From: Macrostomum lignano
Lineage: Eukaryota
Reading direction: 5' to 3'
Assembly (NCBI GenBank): GCA_002269645.1
Contig: NIVC01001746.1
Location: 1-64,000 of the forward strand
DNA: 64,000 nucleotides
The notes under the pieces were generated by a model, which saw only the letters and a program-made list of their open reading frames with translations, ran no database searches and was not told the origin of the DNA. Numbering within the stretch: position 1 is the first letter of the stretch; every line of letters starts with the position of its first letter. Position numbers and translations under genes: made by a program. Shown here piece by piece: positions 1 to 15,000 of the stretch.

Positions 1-3000
1 ACAGGGGCGCCCACCAAGAGACAGGGGCGCCACAAAGAGACAGGGGCCGCCACCAAGAGACAGGGGCGCCACACAAGAGACAGGGCGCCCACAAGAGACA
101 GGGCGCCCACAAGAGACAGGGGCGCCACAAGAGACAGGGGCGCCCACCAAGAGACAGGGGCGCCCCCAAGAGACAGGGCGCCCACCAAGAGACAGGGGCC
201 GCCACAAGAGACAGGGACGCCACCAAGAGACAGGGGCGCGCCACCAAGAGACAGGGGGCCCCACCAAGAGACAGGGGCGCCCACCAAGAGACAAGGGGCG
301 CCCACCAAGAGACAGGGGCCGCCACCAAGAGACAGGGGCGCCCACAAGAGACAGGGGCGCCCACCAAGAGACAGGGCGCGCCACCAAGAGACAGGGGCGC
401 CACACCAGAGACAGGGCGCCCACAAGAGACAGTGGCGCCCACCAAGAGACAGGGCGCCCACAAGAGACAGGGGCGCCCACACAAGAGACAGGAGGCGCCC
501 ACCAAGAGACAGGGGCGCCCACCAAGAGACAGGGGCGCCCACCAAGAGACAGGGCGCCCACAAGAGACAGGGGCCCCACCAAGAGACAGGGGCGCCCACC
601 AAGAGACAGGGGCGCCACAAAGAGACAGGGGCGCCCACCAAGAGACAGGGCGCGCCACAAGAGACAGGGGCGCGCCACAAGAGACAGGGCGCCCACCAAG
701 AGACAGGGGCGCCCACCAAGAGACAGGGGCGCCCACAAGAGACAGGGCGCCCACCAAGAGACAGGGGCGCCCACCAAGAGACAGGGGCGCCCACCAAGAG
801 ACAGGGGCGCCACCAAGAGACAGGGGCGCCCACCAAGAGACAGGGGCGCCCACAAGAGACAGGGGGCCCACACAAGAGACAGGGCCCCACCAAGAGACAG
901 GGCGCCACAAGAGACAGGGGCGCCCACCAAGAGACAGGGGCGCCACCAAGAGACAGGGGCGCCCACCAAGAGACAGGGCGCCCACAAGAGACAGGGGCGC
1001 CCACAAGAGACAGGGGCGCCCACAAAGAGACAGGGGCGCCCACCAAGAGACAGGGGCGCCACCAAGAGACAGGGGCGCCCACAAAGAGACAGGGGCGCCC
1101 ACCAAGAGACAGGGGCGCCACAAGAGACAGGGGGCCCACAAGAGACAGGGCGCCCACAAGAGACAGGGGCGCCCACCAAGAGACAGGGCGCCCACAAGAG
1201 ACAGGGGCGCCCACCAAGAGACAGGGGCGCCCACCAAGAGACAGGGCGCCCCCAAGAGACAGGGGCGCCCACCAAGAGACAGGGGCGCCCACCAAGAGAC
1301 AGGGGCGCCCACCAAGAGACAGGGGCGCCCAAGAGACAGGGCGCCCACCAAGAGACAGGGGCGCCCACCAAGAGACAGGGGCGCCACCAAGAGACAGGGC
1401 GCCACCAAGAGACAGGGGCGCCCACCAAGAGACAGGGGCGCCCACAAGAGACAGGGCGCCCACAAGAGACAGGGGCGCCCACCAAGAGACAGGGCGCCCA
1501 CCAAGAGACAGGGCGCCCCCAAGAGACAGGGGCGCCCACAAGAGACAGGGGCGCCCACCAAGAGACAGGGGCGCCCACCAAGAGACAGGGCGCCCACCAA
1601 GAGACAGGGGCGCCCACCAAGACAGGGCGCGCCACCAAGAGACAGGGGCGCCCACCAAGAGACAGGGGCGCCACCAAGAGACAGGGGCGCCCACCAAGAG
1701 ACAGGGGCGCCCACCAAGAGACAGGGGGCCCACAAGAGACAGGGGCGCCCACCAAGAGACAGGGGCGCCCACCAAGAGACAGGGGCGCCCACCAAGAGAC
1801 AGGGCGCCACCAAGAGACAGGGCGCCCACACAAGAGGCAGGCCCCACAAGAGACAGGGGCGCCCACCAAGAGACAGGGCGCCCACAAGAGACAGGGGCGC
1901 CCACCAAGAGACAGGGGCGCCCACCAAGAGACAGGGGCGCCCACAAGAGACAGGGCGCCCACCAAGAGACAGGGGCGCCCACCAAGAGACAGGGGCGCCC
2001 ACCAAGAGACAGGGCGCCCACCAAGAGACAGGGGCGCCCACCAAGAGACAGGGCGCCCACCAAGAGACAGGGGCGCCCACCAAGAGACAGGGGCGCCCAC
2101 CAAGAGACAGGGGCGCCCACCAAGAGACAGGGGCGCCCACCAAGAGACAGGGCGCCCACCAAGAGACAGGGGCGCCCACCAAGAGACAGGGCGCCCACCA
2201 AGAGACAGGGGCGCCCACCAAGAGACAGGGGCGCCCACCAAGAGACAGGGGCGCCCACCAAGAGACAGGGGCGCCCACCAAGAGACAGGGGCGCCCACCA
2301 AGAGACAGGGGCGCCCACAAGAGACAGGGGCGCCCACCAAGAGACAGGGGCGCCCACCAAGAGACAGGGGCGCCCACCAAGAGACAGGGGCGCCCACAAA
2401 GAGACAGGGGCGCCCACCAAGAGACAGGGGCGCCCACCAAGAGACAGGGGCGCCCACCAAGAGACAGGGGCGCCCACCAAGAGACAGGGGCGCCCACCAA
2501 GAGACAGGGGCGCCCAAGAGACAGGGGCGCCCACAAAGAGACAGGGGCGCCCACCAAGAGACAGGGGCGCCCACAAGAGACAGGGGCGCCCACCAAGAGA
2601 CAGGGGCGCCCACAAGAGACAGGGGCGCCCACCAAGAGACAGGGGCGCCCACCAAGAGACAGGGCGCCCACCAAGAGACAGGGGCGCCCACCAAGAGACA
2701 GGGGCGCCCACCAAGAGACAGGGGCGCCCACCAAGAGACAGGGGCGCCCACAAGAGACAGGGGCGCCCACCAAGAGACAGGGGCGCCCACAAGAGACAGG
2801 GGCGCCCACCAAGAGACAGGGGCGCCCACAAGAGACAGGGGCGCCCAAGAGACAGGGGCGCCCACCAAGAGACAGGGGCGCCCACCAAGAGACAGGGGCG
2901 CCCACCAAGAGACAGGGGCGCCCACCAAGAGACAGGGGCGCCCACAAGAGACAGGGGCGCCCACCAAGAGACAGGGGCGCCCACAAGAGACAGGGGCGCC

Positions 3001-6000
3001 ACCAAGAGACAGGGGCGCCCACCAAGAGACAGGGGCGCCCACCAAGAGACAGGGGCGCCCACCAAGAGACAGGGGCGCCCACCAAGAGACAGGGGCCCAC
3101 CAAGAGACAGGGCGCCCACCAAGAGACAGGGGCGCCACCAAGAGACAGGGGCGCCCACCAAGAGACAGGGGCGCCCACCAAGAGACAGGGGCGCCCACCA
3201 AGAGACAGGGGCGCCCACCAAGAGACAGGGGCGCCCACCAAGAGACAGGGGCGCCCACAAGAGACAGGGGCGCCCACCAAGAGACAGGGGCGCCCACCAA
3301 GAGACAGGGGCGCCCACCAAGAGACAGGGGCGCCCACCAAGAGACAGGGGCGCCCACCAAGAGACAGGGGCGCCCACCAAGAGACAGGGGCGCCCACAAG
3401 AGACAGGGGCGCCCACCAAGAGACAGGGGCGCCCACCAAGAGACAGGGGCGCCCACCAAGAGACAGGGGCGCCCACAAGAGACAGGGCGCCCACAAGAGA
3501 CAGGGGCGCCCACCAAGAGACAGGGGCGCCCACCAAGAGACAGGGGCGCCCACCAAGAGACAGGGGCGCCCACAAGAGACAGGGGCGCCCACCAAGAGAC
3601 AGGGGCGCCCACAAGAGACAGGGGCCCCACCAAGAGACAGGGGCGCCCACCAAGAGACAGGGGCGCCCACAAGAGACAGGGGCGCCCACCAAGAGACAGG
3701 GGCGCCCACCAAGAGACAGGGGCGCCCACAAGAGACAGGGGCGCCCACCAAGAGACAGGGGCGCCCACCAAGAGACAGGGGCGCCCACCAAGAGACAGGG
3801 GCGCCCACCAAGAGACAGGGGCGCCCACCAAGAGACAGGGGCGCCCACAAGAGACAGGGCGCCCACCAAGAGACAGGGGCGCCCACCAAGAGACAGGGGC
3901 GCCCACCAAGAGACAGGGGCGCCCACCAAGAGACAGGGGCGCCCACCAAGAGACAGGGGCGCCCACAAGAGACAGGGGCGCCCACCAAGAGACAGGGGCG
4001 CCCACAAGAGACAGGGGCGCCCACCAAGAGACAGGGGCGCCCACCAAGAGACAGGGGCGCCCACCAAGAGACAGGGGCGCCCACAAGAGACAGGGGCGCC
4101 CACCAAGAGACAGGGGCGCCCACCAAGAGACAGGGGCGCCCACAAGAGACAGGGGCGCCCACAAGAGACAGGGGCGCCCACAAGAGACAGGGGCGCCCAC
4201 CAAGAGACAGGGGCGCCCACAAGAGACAGGGGCGCCCACCAAGAGACAGGGGCGCCCACAAGAGACAGGGGCGCCCACCAAGAGACAGGGGCGCCCACAA
4301 GAGACAGGGGCGCCCACCAAGAGACAGGGGCGCCCACCAAGAGACAGGGGCGCCCACCAAGAGACAGGGGCGCCCACCAAGAGACAGGGGCGCCCACCAA
4401 GAGACAGGGGCGCCCACAAGAGACAGGGGCGCCCACAAGAGACAGGGGCGCCCACCAAGAGACAGGGGCGCCCACCAAGAGACAGGGGCGCCCACCAAGA
4501 GACAGGGGCGCCCACAAGAGACAGGGCGCCCACCAAGAGACAGGGGCGCCCACAAGAGACAGGGGCGCCCACCAAGAGACAGGGGCGCCCACCAAGAGAC
4601 AGGGGCGCCCACCAAGAGACAGGGCGCCCACCAAGAGACAGGGGCGCCCACCAAGAGACAGGGGCGCCCACCAAGAGACAGGGGCGCCCACCAAGAGACA
4701 GGGGCGCCCACCAAGAGACAGGGGCGCCCACCAAGAGACAGGGGCGCCCACCAAGAGACAGGGCGCCCACCAAGAGACAGGGGCGCCCACCAAGAGACAG
4801 GGGCGCCCACAAGAGACAGGGGCGCCCACCAAGAGACAGGGGCGCCCACCAAGAGACAGGGGCGCCCACCAAGAGACAGGGGCGCCCACCAAGAGACAGG
4901 GGCGCCCACCAAGAGACAGGGGCGCCCACCAAGAGACAGGGGCGCCCACCAAGAGACAGGGCGCCCACCAAGAGACAGGGGCGCCCACCAAGAGACAGGG
5001 GCGCCCACAAGAGACAGGGGCGCCCACCAAGAGACAGGGGCGCCCACCAAGAGACAGGGGCGCCCACCAAGAGACAGGGGCGCCCACCAAGAGACAGGGG
5101 CGCCCACAAGAGACAGGGGCGCCCACCAAGAGACAGGGCGCCCACCAAGAGACAGGGGCGCCCACCAAGAGACAGGGGCGCCCACAAGAGACAGGGGCGC
5201 CCACCAAGAGACAGGGGCGCCCACAAGAGACAGGGGCGCCCACCAAGAGACAGGGGCGCCCACAAGAGACAGGGGCGCCCACCAAGAGACAGGGGCGCCC
5301 ACCAAGAGACAGGGGCGCCCACCAAGAGACAGGGGCGCCCACCAAGAGACAGGGGCGCCCACCAAGAGACAGGGCGCCCACCAAGAGACAGGGGCGCCCA
5401 CCAAGAGACAGGGGCGCCCACCAAGAGACAGGGGCGCCCACCAAGAGACAGGGGCGCCCACAAGAGACAGGGGCGCCCACCAAGAGACAGGGGCGCCCAC
5501 AAGAGACAGGGGCGCCCACCAAGAGACAGGGCGCCCACCAAGAGACAGGGGCGCCCACCAAGAGACAGGGGCGCCACCAAGAGACAGGGGCGCCCACCAA
5601 GAGACAGGGCGCCCACCAAGAGACAGGGGCGCCCACCAAGAGACAGGGCGCCCACCAAGAGACAGGGGCGCCCACAAGAGACAGGGGCGCCCACCAAGAG
5701 ACAGGGGCGCCCACCAAGAGACAGGGGCGCCCACCAAGAGACAGGGGCGCCCACCAAGAGACAGGGGCGCCCACCAAGAGACAGGGGCGCCCACCAAGAG
5801 ACAGGGGCGCCCACCAAGAGACAGGGGCGCCCACCAAGAGACAGGGGCGCCCACCAAGAGACAGGGGCGCCCACCAAGAGACAGGGGCGCCCACCAAGAG
5901 ACAGGGGCGCCCACCAAGAGACAGGGGCGCCCACAAGAGACAGGGGCGCCCACCAAGAGACAGGGGCGCCCACCAAGAGACAGGGGCGCCCACCAAGAGA

Positions 6001-9000
6001 CAGGGGCGCCCACCAAGAGACAGGGGCGCCCACCAAGAGACAGGGGCGCCCACCAAGAGACAGGGGCGCCCACAAGAGACAGGGGCGCCCACCAAGAGAC
6101 AGGGGCGCCCACAAGAGACAGGGGCGCCCACCAAGAGACAGGGGCGCCCACAAGAGACAGGGGCGCCCACCAAGAGACAGGGGCGCCCACCAAGAGACAG
6201 GGGCGCACCAAGAGACAGGGGCGCCCACCAAGAGACAGGGGCGCCCACCAAGAGACAGGGGCGCCCACCAAGAGACAGGGGCGCCCACCAAGAGACAGGG
6301 GCGCCCACCAAGAGACAGGGGCGCCCACCAAGAGACAGGGGCGCCCACAAGAGACAGGGGCGCCCACCAAGAGACAGGGGCGCCCACAAGAGACAGGGGC
6401 GCCCACCAAGAGACAGGGGCGCCCACCAAGAGACAGGGGCGCCCACCAAGAGACAGGGGCGCCCACCAAGAGACAGGGGCGCCCACCAAGAGACAGGGGC
6501 GCCCACCAAGAGACAGGGGCGCCCACCAAGAGACAGGGCGCCCACCAAGAGACAGGGGCGCCCACCAAGAGACAGGGGCGCCCACCAAGAGACAGGGGCG
6601 CCCACCAAGAGACAGGGGCGCCCACCAAGAGACAGGGGCGCCCACCAAGAGACAGGGGCGCCCACCAAGAGACAGGGGCGCCCACCAAGAGACAGGGGCG
6701 CCCACCAAGAGACAGGGGCGCCCACCAAGAGACAGGGGCGCCCACCAAGAGACAGGGGCGCCCACCAAGAGACAGGGGCGCCCACCAAGAGACAGGGGCG
6801 CCCACCAAGAGACAGGGGCGCCCACCAAGAGACAGGGGCGCCCACCAAGAGACAGGGGCGCCACCAAGAGACAGGGGCGCCCACCAAGAGACAGGGGCGC
6901 CCACCAAGAGACAGGGGCGCCCACCAAGAGACAGGGGCGCCCACCAAGAGACAGGGGCGCCCACCAAGAGACAGGGGCGCCCACCAAGAGACAGGGGCGC
7001 CCACCAAGAGACAGGGGCGCCCACCAAGAGACAGGGGCGCCCACCAAGAGACAGGGCGCCCACCAAGAGACAGGGGCGCCCACCAAGAGACAGGGGCGCC
7101 CACCAAGAGACAGGGGCGCCCACCAAGAGACAGGGGCGCCCACCAAGAGACAGGGGCGCCCACCAAGAGACAGGGGCGCCCACCAAGAGACAGGGGCGCC
7201 CACAAGAGACAGGGGCGCCCACCAAGAGACAGGGGCGCCCACCAAGAGACAGGGGCGCCCACCAAGAGACAGGGGCGCCCACCAAGAGACAGGGGCGCCC
7301 ACCAAGAGACAGGGGCGCCCACCAAGAGACAGGGGCGCCCACCAAGAGACAGGGCGCCCACCAAGAGACAGGGGCGCCCACCAAGAGACAGGGGCGCCCA
7401 CCAAGAGACAGGGGCGCCCACCAAGAGACAGGGGCGCCCACCAAGAGACAGGGGCGCCCACCAAGAGACAGGGGCGCCCACCAAGAGACAGGGGCGCCCA
7501 CCAAGAGACAGGGGCGCCCACAAGAGACAGGGGCGCCCACCAAGAGACAGGGGCGCCCACAAGAGACAGGGCGCCCACCAAGAGACAGGGGCGCCCACCA
7601 AGAGACAGGGGCGCCCACCAAGAGACAGGGGCGCCCACCAAGAGACAGGGGCGCCCACCAAGAGACAGGGGCGCCCACCAAGAGACAGGGGCGCCCACCA
7701 AGAGACAGGGGCGCCCACCAAGAGACAGGGGCGCCCACCAAGAGACAGGGGCGCCCACAAGAGACAGGGGCGCCCACCAAGAGACAGGGGCGCCCACCAA
7801 GAGACAGGGGCGCCCACCAAGAGACAGGGGCGCCCACCAAGAGACAGGGGCGCCCACCAAGAGACAGGGCGCCCACCAAGAGACAGGGGCGCCCACCAAG
7901 AGACAGGGCGCCCACCAAGAGACAGGGGCGCCCACCAAGAGACAGGGGCGCCCACCAAGAGACAGGGGCGCCCACCAAGAGACAGGGGCGCCCACCAAGA
8001 GACAGGGCGCCCACCAAGAGACAGGGCGCCCACCAAGAGACAGGGGCGCCCACCAAGAGACAGGGCGCCCACCAAGAGACAGGGGCGCCCACCAAGAGAC
8101 AGGGGCGCCCACCAAGAGACAGGGGCGCCCACCAAGAGACAGGGGCGCCCACAAGAGACAGGGGCGCCCACCAAGAGACAGGGGCGCCCACCAAGAGACA
8201 GGGGCGCCCACCAAGAGACAGGGCGCCCACCAAGAGACAGGGGCGCCCACAAGAGACAGGGGCGCCCACCAAGAGACAGGGGCGCCCACCAAGAGACAGG
8301 GGCGCCCACCAAGAGACAGGGGCGCCCACAAGAGACAGGGCGCCCACCAAGAGACAGGGGCGCCCACAAGAGACAGGGGCGCCCACCAAGAGACAGGGGC
8401 GCCCACAAGAGACAGGGCGCCCACCAAGAGACAGGGGCGCCCACCAAGAGACAGGGCGCCCACCAAGAGACAGGGGCGCCCACCAAGAGACAGGGGCGCC
8501 CACCAAGAGACAGGGGCGCCCACCAAGAGACAGGGGCGCCCACCAAGAGACAGGGGCGCCCACCAAGAGACAGGGGCGCCCACCAAGAGACAGGGGCGCC
8601 CACAAGAGACAGGGGCGCCCACCAAGAGACAGGGGCGCCCACCAAGAGACAGGGGCGCCCACCAAGAGACAGGGGCGCCCACCAAGAGACAGGGGCGCCC
8701 ACCAAGAGACAGGGGCGCCCACCAAGAGACAGGGGCGCCCACCAAGAGACAGGGGCGCCCACCAAGAGACAGGGGCGCCCACCAAGAGACAGGGCGCCCA
8801 CCAAGAGACAGGGGCCCACCAGAGACAGGGCGCCCACCAAGAGACAGGGGCGCCCACCAAGAGACAGGGCGCCCACCAAGAGACAGGGGCGCCCACCAAG
8901 AGACAGGGGCGCCCACCAAGAGACAGGGGCGCCCACCAAGAGACAGGGGCGCCCACCAAGAGACAGGGGCGCCCACCAAGAGACAGGGGCGCCCACCAAG

Positions 9001-12000
9001 AGACAGGGGCGCCCACCAAGAGACAGGGGCGCCCACCAAGAGACAGGGGCGCCCACCAAGAGACAGGGGCGCCCACCAAGAGACAGGGGCGCCCACCAAG
9101 AGACAGGGGCGCCCACCAAGAGACAGGGGCGCCCACCAAGAGACAGGGGCGCCCACCAAGAGACAGGGCGCCCACCAAGAGACAGGGGCGCCCACCAAGA
9201 GACAGGGGCCCCACCAAGAGACAGGGGCGCCCACCAAGAGACAGGGGCGCCCACCAAGAGACAGGGGCGCCCACCAAGAGACAGGGGCGCCCACCAAGAG
9301 ACAGGGCGCCCACCAAGAGACAGGGGCGCCCACCAAGAGACAGGGGCGCCCACCAAGAGACAGGGGCGCCCACAAGAGACAGGGGCGCCCACCAAGAGAC
9401 AGGGGCGCCCACCAAGAGACAGGGGCGCCCACCAAGAGACAGGGGCGCCCACCAAGAGACAGGGGCGCCCACCAAGAGACAGGGGCGCCCACAAGAGACA
9501 GGGGCGCCCACCAAGAGACAGGGGCGCCCACAAGAGACAGGGGCGCCCACCAAGAGACAGGGGCGCCCACCAAGAGACAGGGGCGCCCACCAAGAGACAG
9601 GGGCGCCCACCAAGAGACAGGGGCGCCCACAAGAGACAGGGCGCCCACAAGAGACAGGGGCGCCCACCAAGAGACAGGGGCGCCCACAAGAGACAGGGGC
9701 GCCCACCAAGAGACAGGGGCGCCCACAAGAGACAGGGGCGCCCACCAAGAGACAGGGCGCCCACCAAGAGACAGGGGCGCCCACCAAGAGACAGGGCGCC
9801 CACCAAGAGACAGGGGCGCCCACCAAGAGACAGGGGCGCCCACCAAGAGACAGGGGCGCCCACCAAGAGACAGGGGCGCCCACCAAGAGACAGGGGCGCC
9901 CACCAAGAGACAGGGGCGCCCACAAGAGACAGGGGCGCCCACCAAGAGACAGGGGCGCCCACAAGAGACAGGGCGCCCACCAAGAGACAGGGGCGCCCAC
10001 CAAGAGACAGGGGCGCCCACCAAGAGACAGGGGCGCCACCAAGAGACAGGGGCGCCCACCAAGAGACAGGGGCGCCCACCAAGAGACAGGGGCGCCCACC
10101 AAGAGACAGGGCGCCCCCAAGAGACAGGGGCGCCCACCAAGAGACAGGGGCGCCCACCAAGAGACAGGGGCGCCCACCAAGAGACAGGGGCGCCCACCAA
10201 GAGACAGGGGCGCCCACCAAGAGACAGGGGCGCCCACCAAGAGACAGGGGCGCCCACCAAGAGACAGGGGCGCCCACCAAGAGACAGGGGCGCCCACCAA
10301 GAGACAGGGGCGCCCACCAAGAGACAGGGGCGCCCACCAAGAGACAGGGGCGCCCACCAAGAGACAGGGGCGCCCACAAGAGACAGGGGCGCCCACCAAG
10401 AGACAGGGGCGCCCACCAAGAGACAGGGGCGCCCACCAAGAGACAGGGGCGCCCACCAAGAGACAGGGGCGCCCACCAAGAGACAGGGGCGCCCACCAAG
10501 AGACAGGGGCGCCCACCAAGAGACAGGGGCGCCCACCAAGAGACAGGGGCGCCCACCAAGAGACAGGGGCGCCCACCAAGAGACAGGGGCGCCCACCAAG
10601 AGACAGGGCGCCCACAAGAGACAGGGGCGCCCACCAAGAGACAGGGGCGCCCACAAGAGACAGGGGCGCCCACCAAGAGACAGGGGCGCCCACCAAGAGA
10701 CAGGGGCGCCCACCAAGAGACAGGGGCGCCCAAGAGACAGGGGCGCCCACCAAGAGACAGGGGCGCCCCCAAGAGACAGGGGCGCCCACCAAGAGACAGG
10801 GCGCCCACCAAGAGACAGGGGCGCCCACCAAGAGACAGGGGCGCCCACCAAGAGACAGGGGCGCCCACCAAGAGACAGGGGCGCCCACCAAGAGACAGGG
10901 GCGCCCACCAAGAGACAGGGCGCCCACCAAGAGACAGGGGCGCCCACCAAGAGACAGGGGCGCCCACCAAGAGACAGGGGCGCCCACCAAGAGACAGGGG
11001 CGCCCACAAGAGACAGGGGCGCCCACCAAGAGACAGGGGCGCCCACAAGAGACAGGGGCGCCCACCAAGAGACAGGGGCGCCCACAAGAGACAGGGGCGC
11101 CCACCAAGAGACAGGGGCGCCCACCAAGAGACAGGGGCGCCCACCAAGAGACAGGGGCGCCCACCAAGAGACAGGGGCGCCCACCAAGAGACAGGGGCGC
11201 CCACCAAGAGACAGGGGCGCCCACAAGAGACAGGGGCGCCCACCAAGAGACAGGGGCGCCCACAAGAGACAGGGGCGCCCACCAAGAGACAGGGGCGCCC
11301 ACAAGAGACAGGGGCGCACCAAGAGACAGGGGCGCCCACCAAGAGACAGGGGCGCCCACCAAGAGACAGGGGCGCCCACCAAGAGACAGGGGCGCCCACC
11401 AAGAGACAGGGGCGCCCACAAGAGACAGGGGCGCCCACCAAGAGACAGGGGCGCCCACCAAGAGACAGGGGCGCCCACCAAGAGACAGGGGCGCCCACAA
11501 GAGACAGGGGCGCCCACCAAGAGACAGGGGCGCCCACAAGAGACAGGGCGCCCACCAAGAGACAGGGGCGCCCACCAAGAGACAGGGGCGCCCACCAAGA
11601 GACAGGGGCGCCCACCAAGAGACAGGGGCGCCCACCAAGAGACAGGGGCGCCCCCCAAGAGACAGGGGCGCCCACCAAGAGACAGGGGCGCCCACCAAGA
11701 GACAGGGGCGCCCACCAAGAGACAGGGCGCCCACCAAGAGACAGGGGCGCCCACCAAGAGACAGGGCGCCCACCAAGAGACAGGGGCGCCCACCAAGAGA
11801 CAGGGGCGCCACCAAGAGACAGGGGCGCCCACCAAGAGACAGGGGCGCCCACCAAGAGACAGGGGCGCCCACCAAGAGACAGGGGCGCCCACCAAGAGAC
11901 AGGGGCGCCCACCAAGAGACAGGGGCGCCCACCAAGAGACAGGGGCGCCCACCAAGAGACAGGGGCGCCCACCAAGAGACAGGGGCGCCCACCAAGAGAC

Positions 12001-15000
12001 AGGGGGCCCACCAAGAGACAGGGGCGCCCACCAAGAGACAGGGGCGCCCACCAAGAGACAGGGGCGCCCACCAAGAGACAGGGGCGCCCACCAAGAGACA
12101 GGGGCGCCCACCAAGAGACAGGGGCGCCCACCAAGAGACAGGGGCGCCCACCAAGAGACAGGGGCGCCCACCAAGAGACAGGGGCGCCCACCAAGAGACA
12201 GGGGCGCCCACCAAGAGACAGGGCGCCCACCAAGAGACAGGGGCGCCCACCAAGAGACAGGGGCGCCCACCAAGAGACAGGGGCGCCCACCAAGAGACAG
12301 GGGCGCCCACAAGAGACAGGGGCGCCCACCAAGAGACAGGGGCGCCCACCAAGAGACAGGGGCGCCCACAAGAGACAGGGGCGCCCACCAAGAGACAGGG
12401 GCGCCCACCAAGAGACAGGGGCGCCCACAAGAGACAGGGGCGCCCACCAAGAGACAGGGGCGCCCACCAAGAGACAGGGGCGCCCACCAAGAGACAGGGG
12501 CGCCCACCAAGAGACAGGGGCGCCCACCAAGAGACAGGGGCGCCCACAAGAGACAGGGGCGCCCACCAAGAGACAGGGGCGCCCACAAGAGACAGGGGCG
12601 CCCACCAAGAGACAGGGGCGCCCACAAGAGACAGGGGCGCACCAAGAGACAGGGGCGCCCACCAAGAGACAGGGGCGCCCACCAAGAGACAGGGGCGCAC
12701 CAAGAGACAGGGGCGCCCACCAAGAGACAGGGGCGCCCACCAAGAGACAGGGGCGCCCACCAAGAGACAGGGGCGCCCACCAAGAGACAGGGGCGCCCAC
12801 CAAGAGACAGGGGCGCCCACAAGAGACAGGGGCGCCCACCAAGAGACAGGGGCGCCCACAAGAGACAGGGGCGCACCAAGAGACAGGGGCGCCCACCAAG
12901 AGACAGGGGCGCCCACCAAGAGACAGGGGCGCCCACCAAGAGACAGGGGCGCCCACCAAGAGACAGGGCGCCCACCAAGAGACAGGGGCGCCCACCAAGA
13001 GACAGGGCGCCCCCAAGAGACAGGGGCGCCCACCAAGAGACAGGGGCGCCCACCAAGAGACAGGGGCGCCCACCAAGAGACAGGGGCGCCCACCAAGAGA
13101 CAGGGGCGCCCACCAAGAGACAGGGGCGCCCACCAAGAGACAGGGGCGCCCACAAGAGACAGGGCGCCCACCAAGAGACAGGGGCGCCCACCAAGAGACA
13201 GGGGCGCCCACCAAGAGACAGGGGCGCCCACCAAGAGACAGGGGCGCCCACCAAGAGACAGGGGCGCCCACCAAGAGACAGGGGCGCCCACAAGAGACAG
13301 GGGCGCCCACCAAGAGACAGGGGCGCCCACAAGAGACAGGGGCGCCCACCAAGAGACAGGGGCGCCCACCAAGAGACAGGGGCGCCCACCAAGAGACAGG
13401 GGCGCCCACAAGAGACAGGGGCGCCCACAAGAGACAGGGGCGCCCACCAAGAGACAGGGGCGCCCACAAGAGACAGGGGCGCCCACCAAGAGACAGGGGC
13501 GCCCACAAGAGACAGGGGCGCCCACCAAGAGACAGGGGCGCCCACCAAGAGACAGGGGCGCCCACCAAGAGACAGGGGCGCCACCAAGAGACAGGGGCGC
13601 CCACCAAGAGACAGGGGCGCCCACCAAGAGACAGGGGCGCCCACCAAGAGACAGGGGCGCCCACCAAGAGACAGGGGCGCCCACCAAGAGACAGGGGCGC
13701 CCACAAGAGACAGGGGCGCCCACCAAGAGACAGGGGCGCCCACAAGAGACAGGGGCGCCCACCAAGAGACAGGGGCGCCCACCAAGAGACAGGGGCGCCC
13801 ACCAAGAGACAGGGGCGCCCAAGAGACAGGGGCGCCCACCAAGAGACAGGGGCGCCCACCAAGAGACAGGGGCGCCCACCAAGAGACAGGGCGCCCACCA
13901 AGAGACAGGGGCGCCCACCAAGAGACAGGGGCGCCCACCAAGAGACAGGGGCGCCCACCAAGAGACAGGGCGCCCACCAAGAGACAGGGGCGCCCACCAA
14001 GAGACAGGGCGCCCACCAAGAGACAGGGGCGCCCACCAAGAGACAGGGGCGCCCACCAAGAGACAGGGGCGCCCACCAAGAGACAGGGGCGCCCACCAAG
14101 AGACAGGGGCGCCCACCAAGAGACAGGGGCGCCCACCAAGAGACAGGGGCGCCCACCAAGAGACAGGGGCGCCACCAAGAGACAGGGGCGCCCACCAAGA
14201 GACAGGGGCCCACACAAGAGACAGGGGCGCCCACCAAGAGACAGGGGCGCCCACCAAGAGACAGGGCGCCCACCAAGAGACAGGGGCGCCCACCAAGAGA
14301 CAGGGGCGCCCACCAAGAGACAGGGGCGCCCACCAAGAGACAGGGGCGCCCACCAAGAGACAGGGGCGCCCACCAAGAGACAGGGGCGCCCACCAAGAGA
14401 CAGGGGCGCCCACCAAGAGACAGGGCGCCCACCAAGAGACAGGGGCGCCCACCAAGAGACAGGGGCGCCCACCAAGAGACAGGGGCGCCCACCAAGAGAC
14501 AGGGGCGCCCACCAAGAGACAGGGGCGCCCACCAAGAGACAGGGGCGCCCACCAAGAGACAGGGGCGCCCACAAGAGACAGGGGCGCCCACCAAGAGACA
14601 GGGGCGCCCACCAAGAGACAGGGGCGCCCACAAGAGACAGGGGCGCCCACCAAGAGACAGGGGCGCCCACCAAGAGACAGGGGCGCCCACCAAGAGACAG
14701 GGGCGCCCACAAGAGACAGGGGCGCCCACCAAGAGACAGGGGCGCCCACCAAGAGACAGGGGCGCCCACCAAGAGACAGGGGCGCCCACCAAGAGACAGG
14801 GGCGCCCACCAAGAGACAGGGGCGCCCACCAAGAGACAGGGGCGCCCACCAAGAGACAGGGGCGCCCACAAGAGACAGGGGCGCCCACCAAGAGACAGGG
14901 GCGCCCACAAGAGACAGGGGCGCCCACCAAGAGACAGGGGCGCCCACCAAGAGACAGGGGCGCCCACCAAGAGACAGGGGCGCCCACCAAGAGACAGGGG

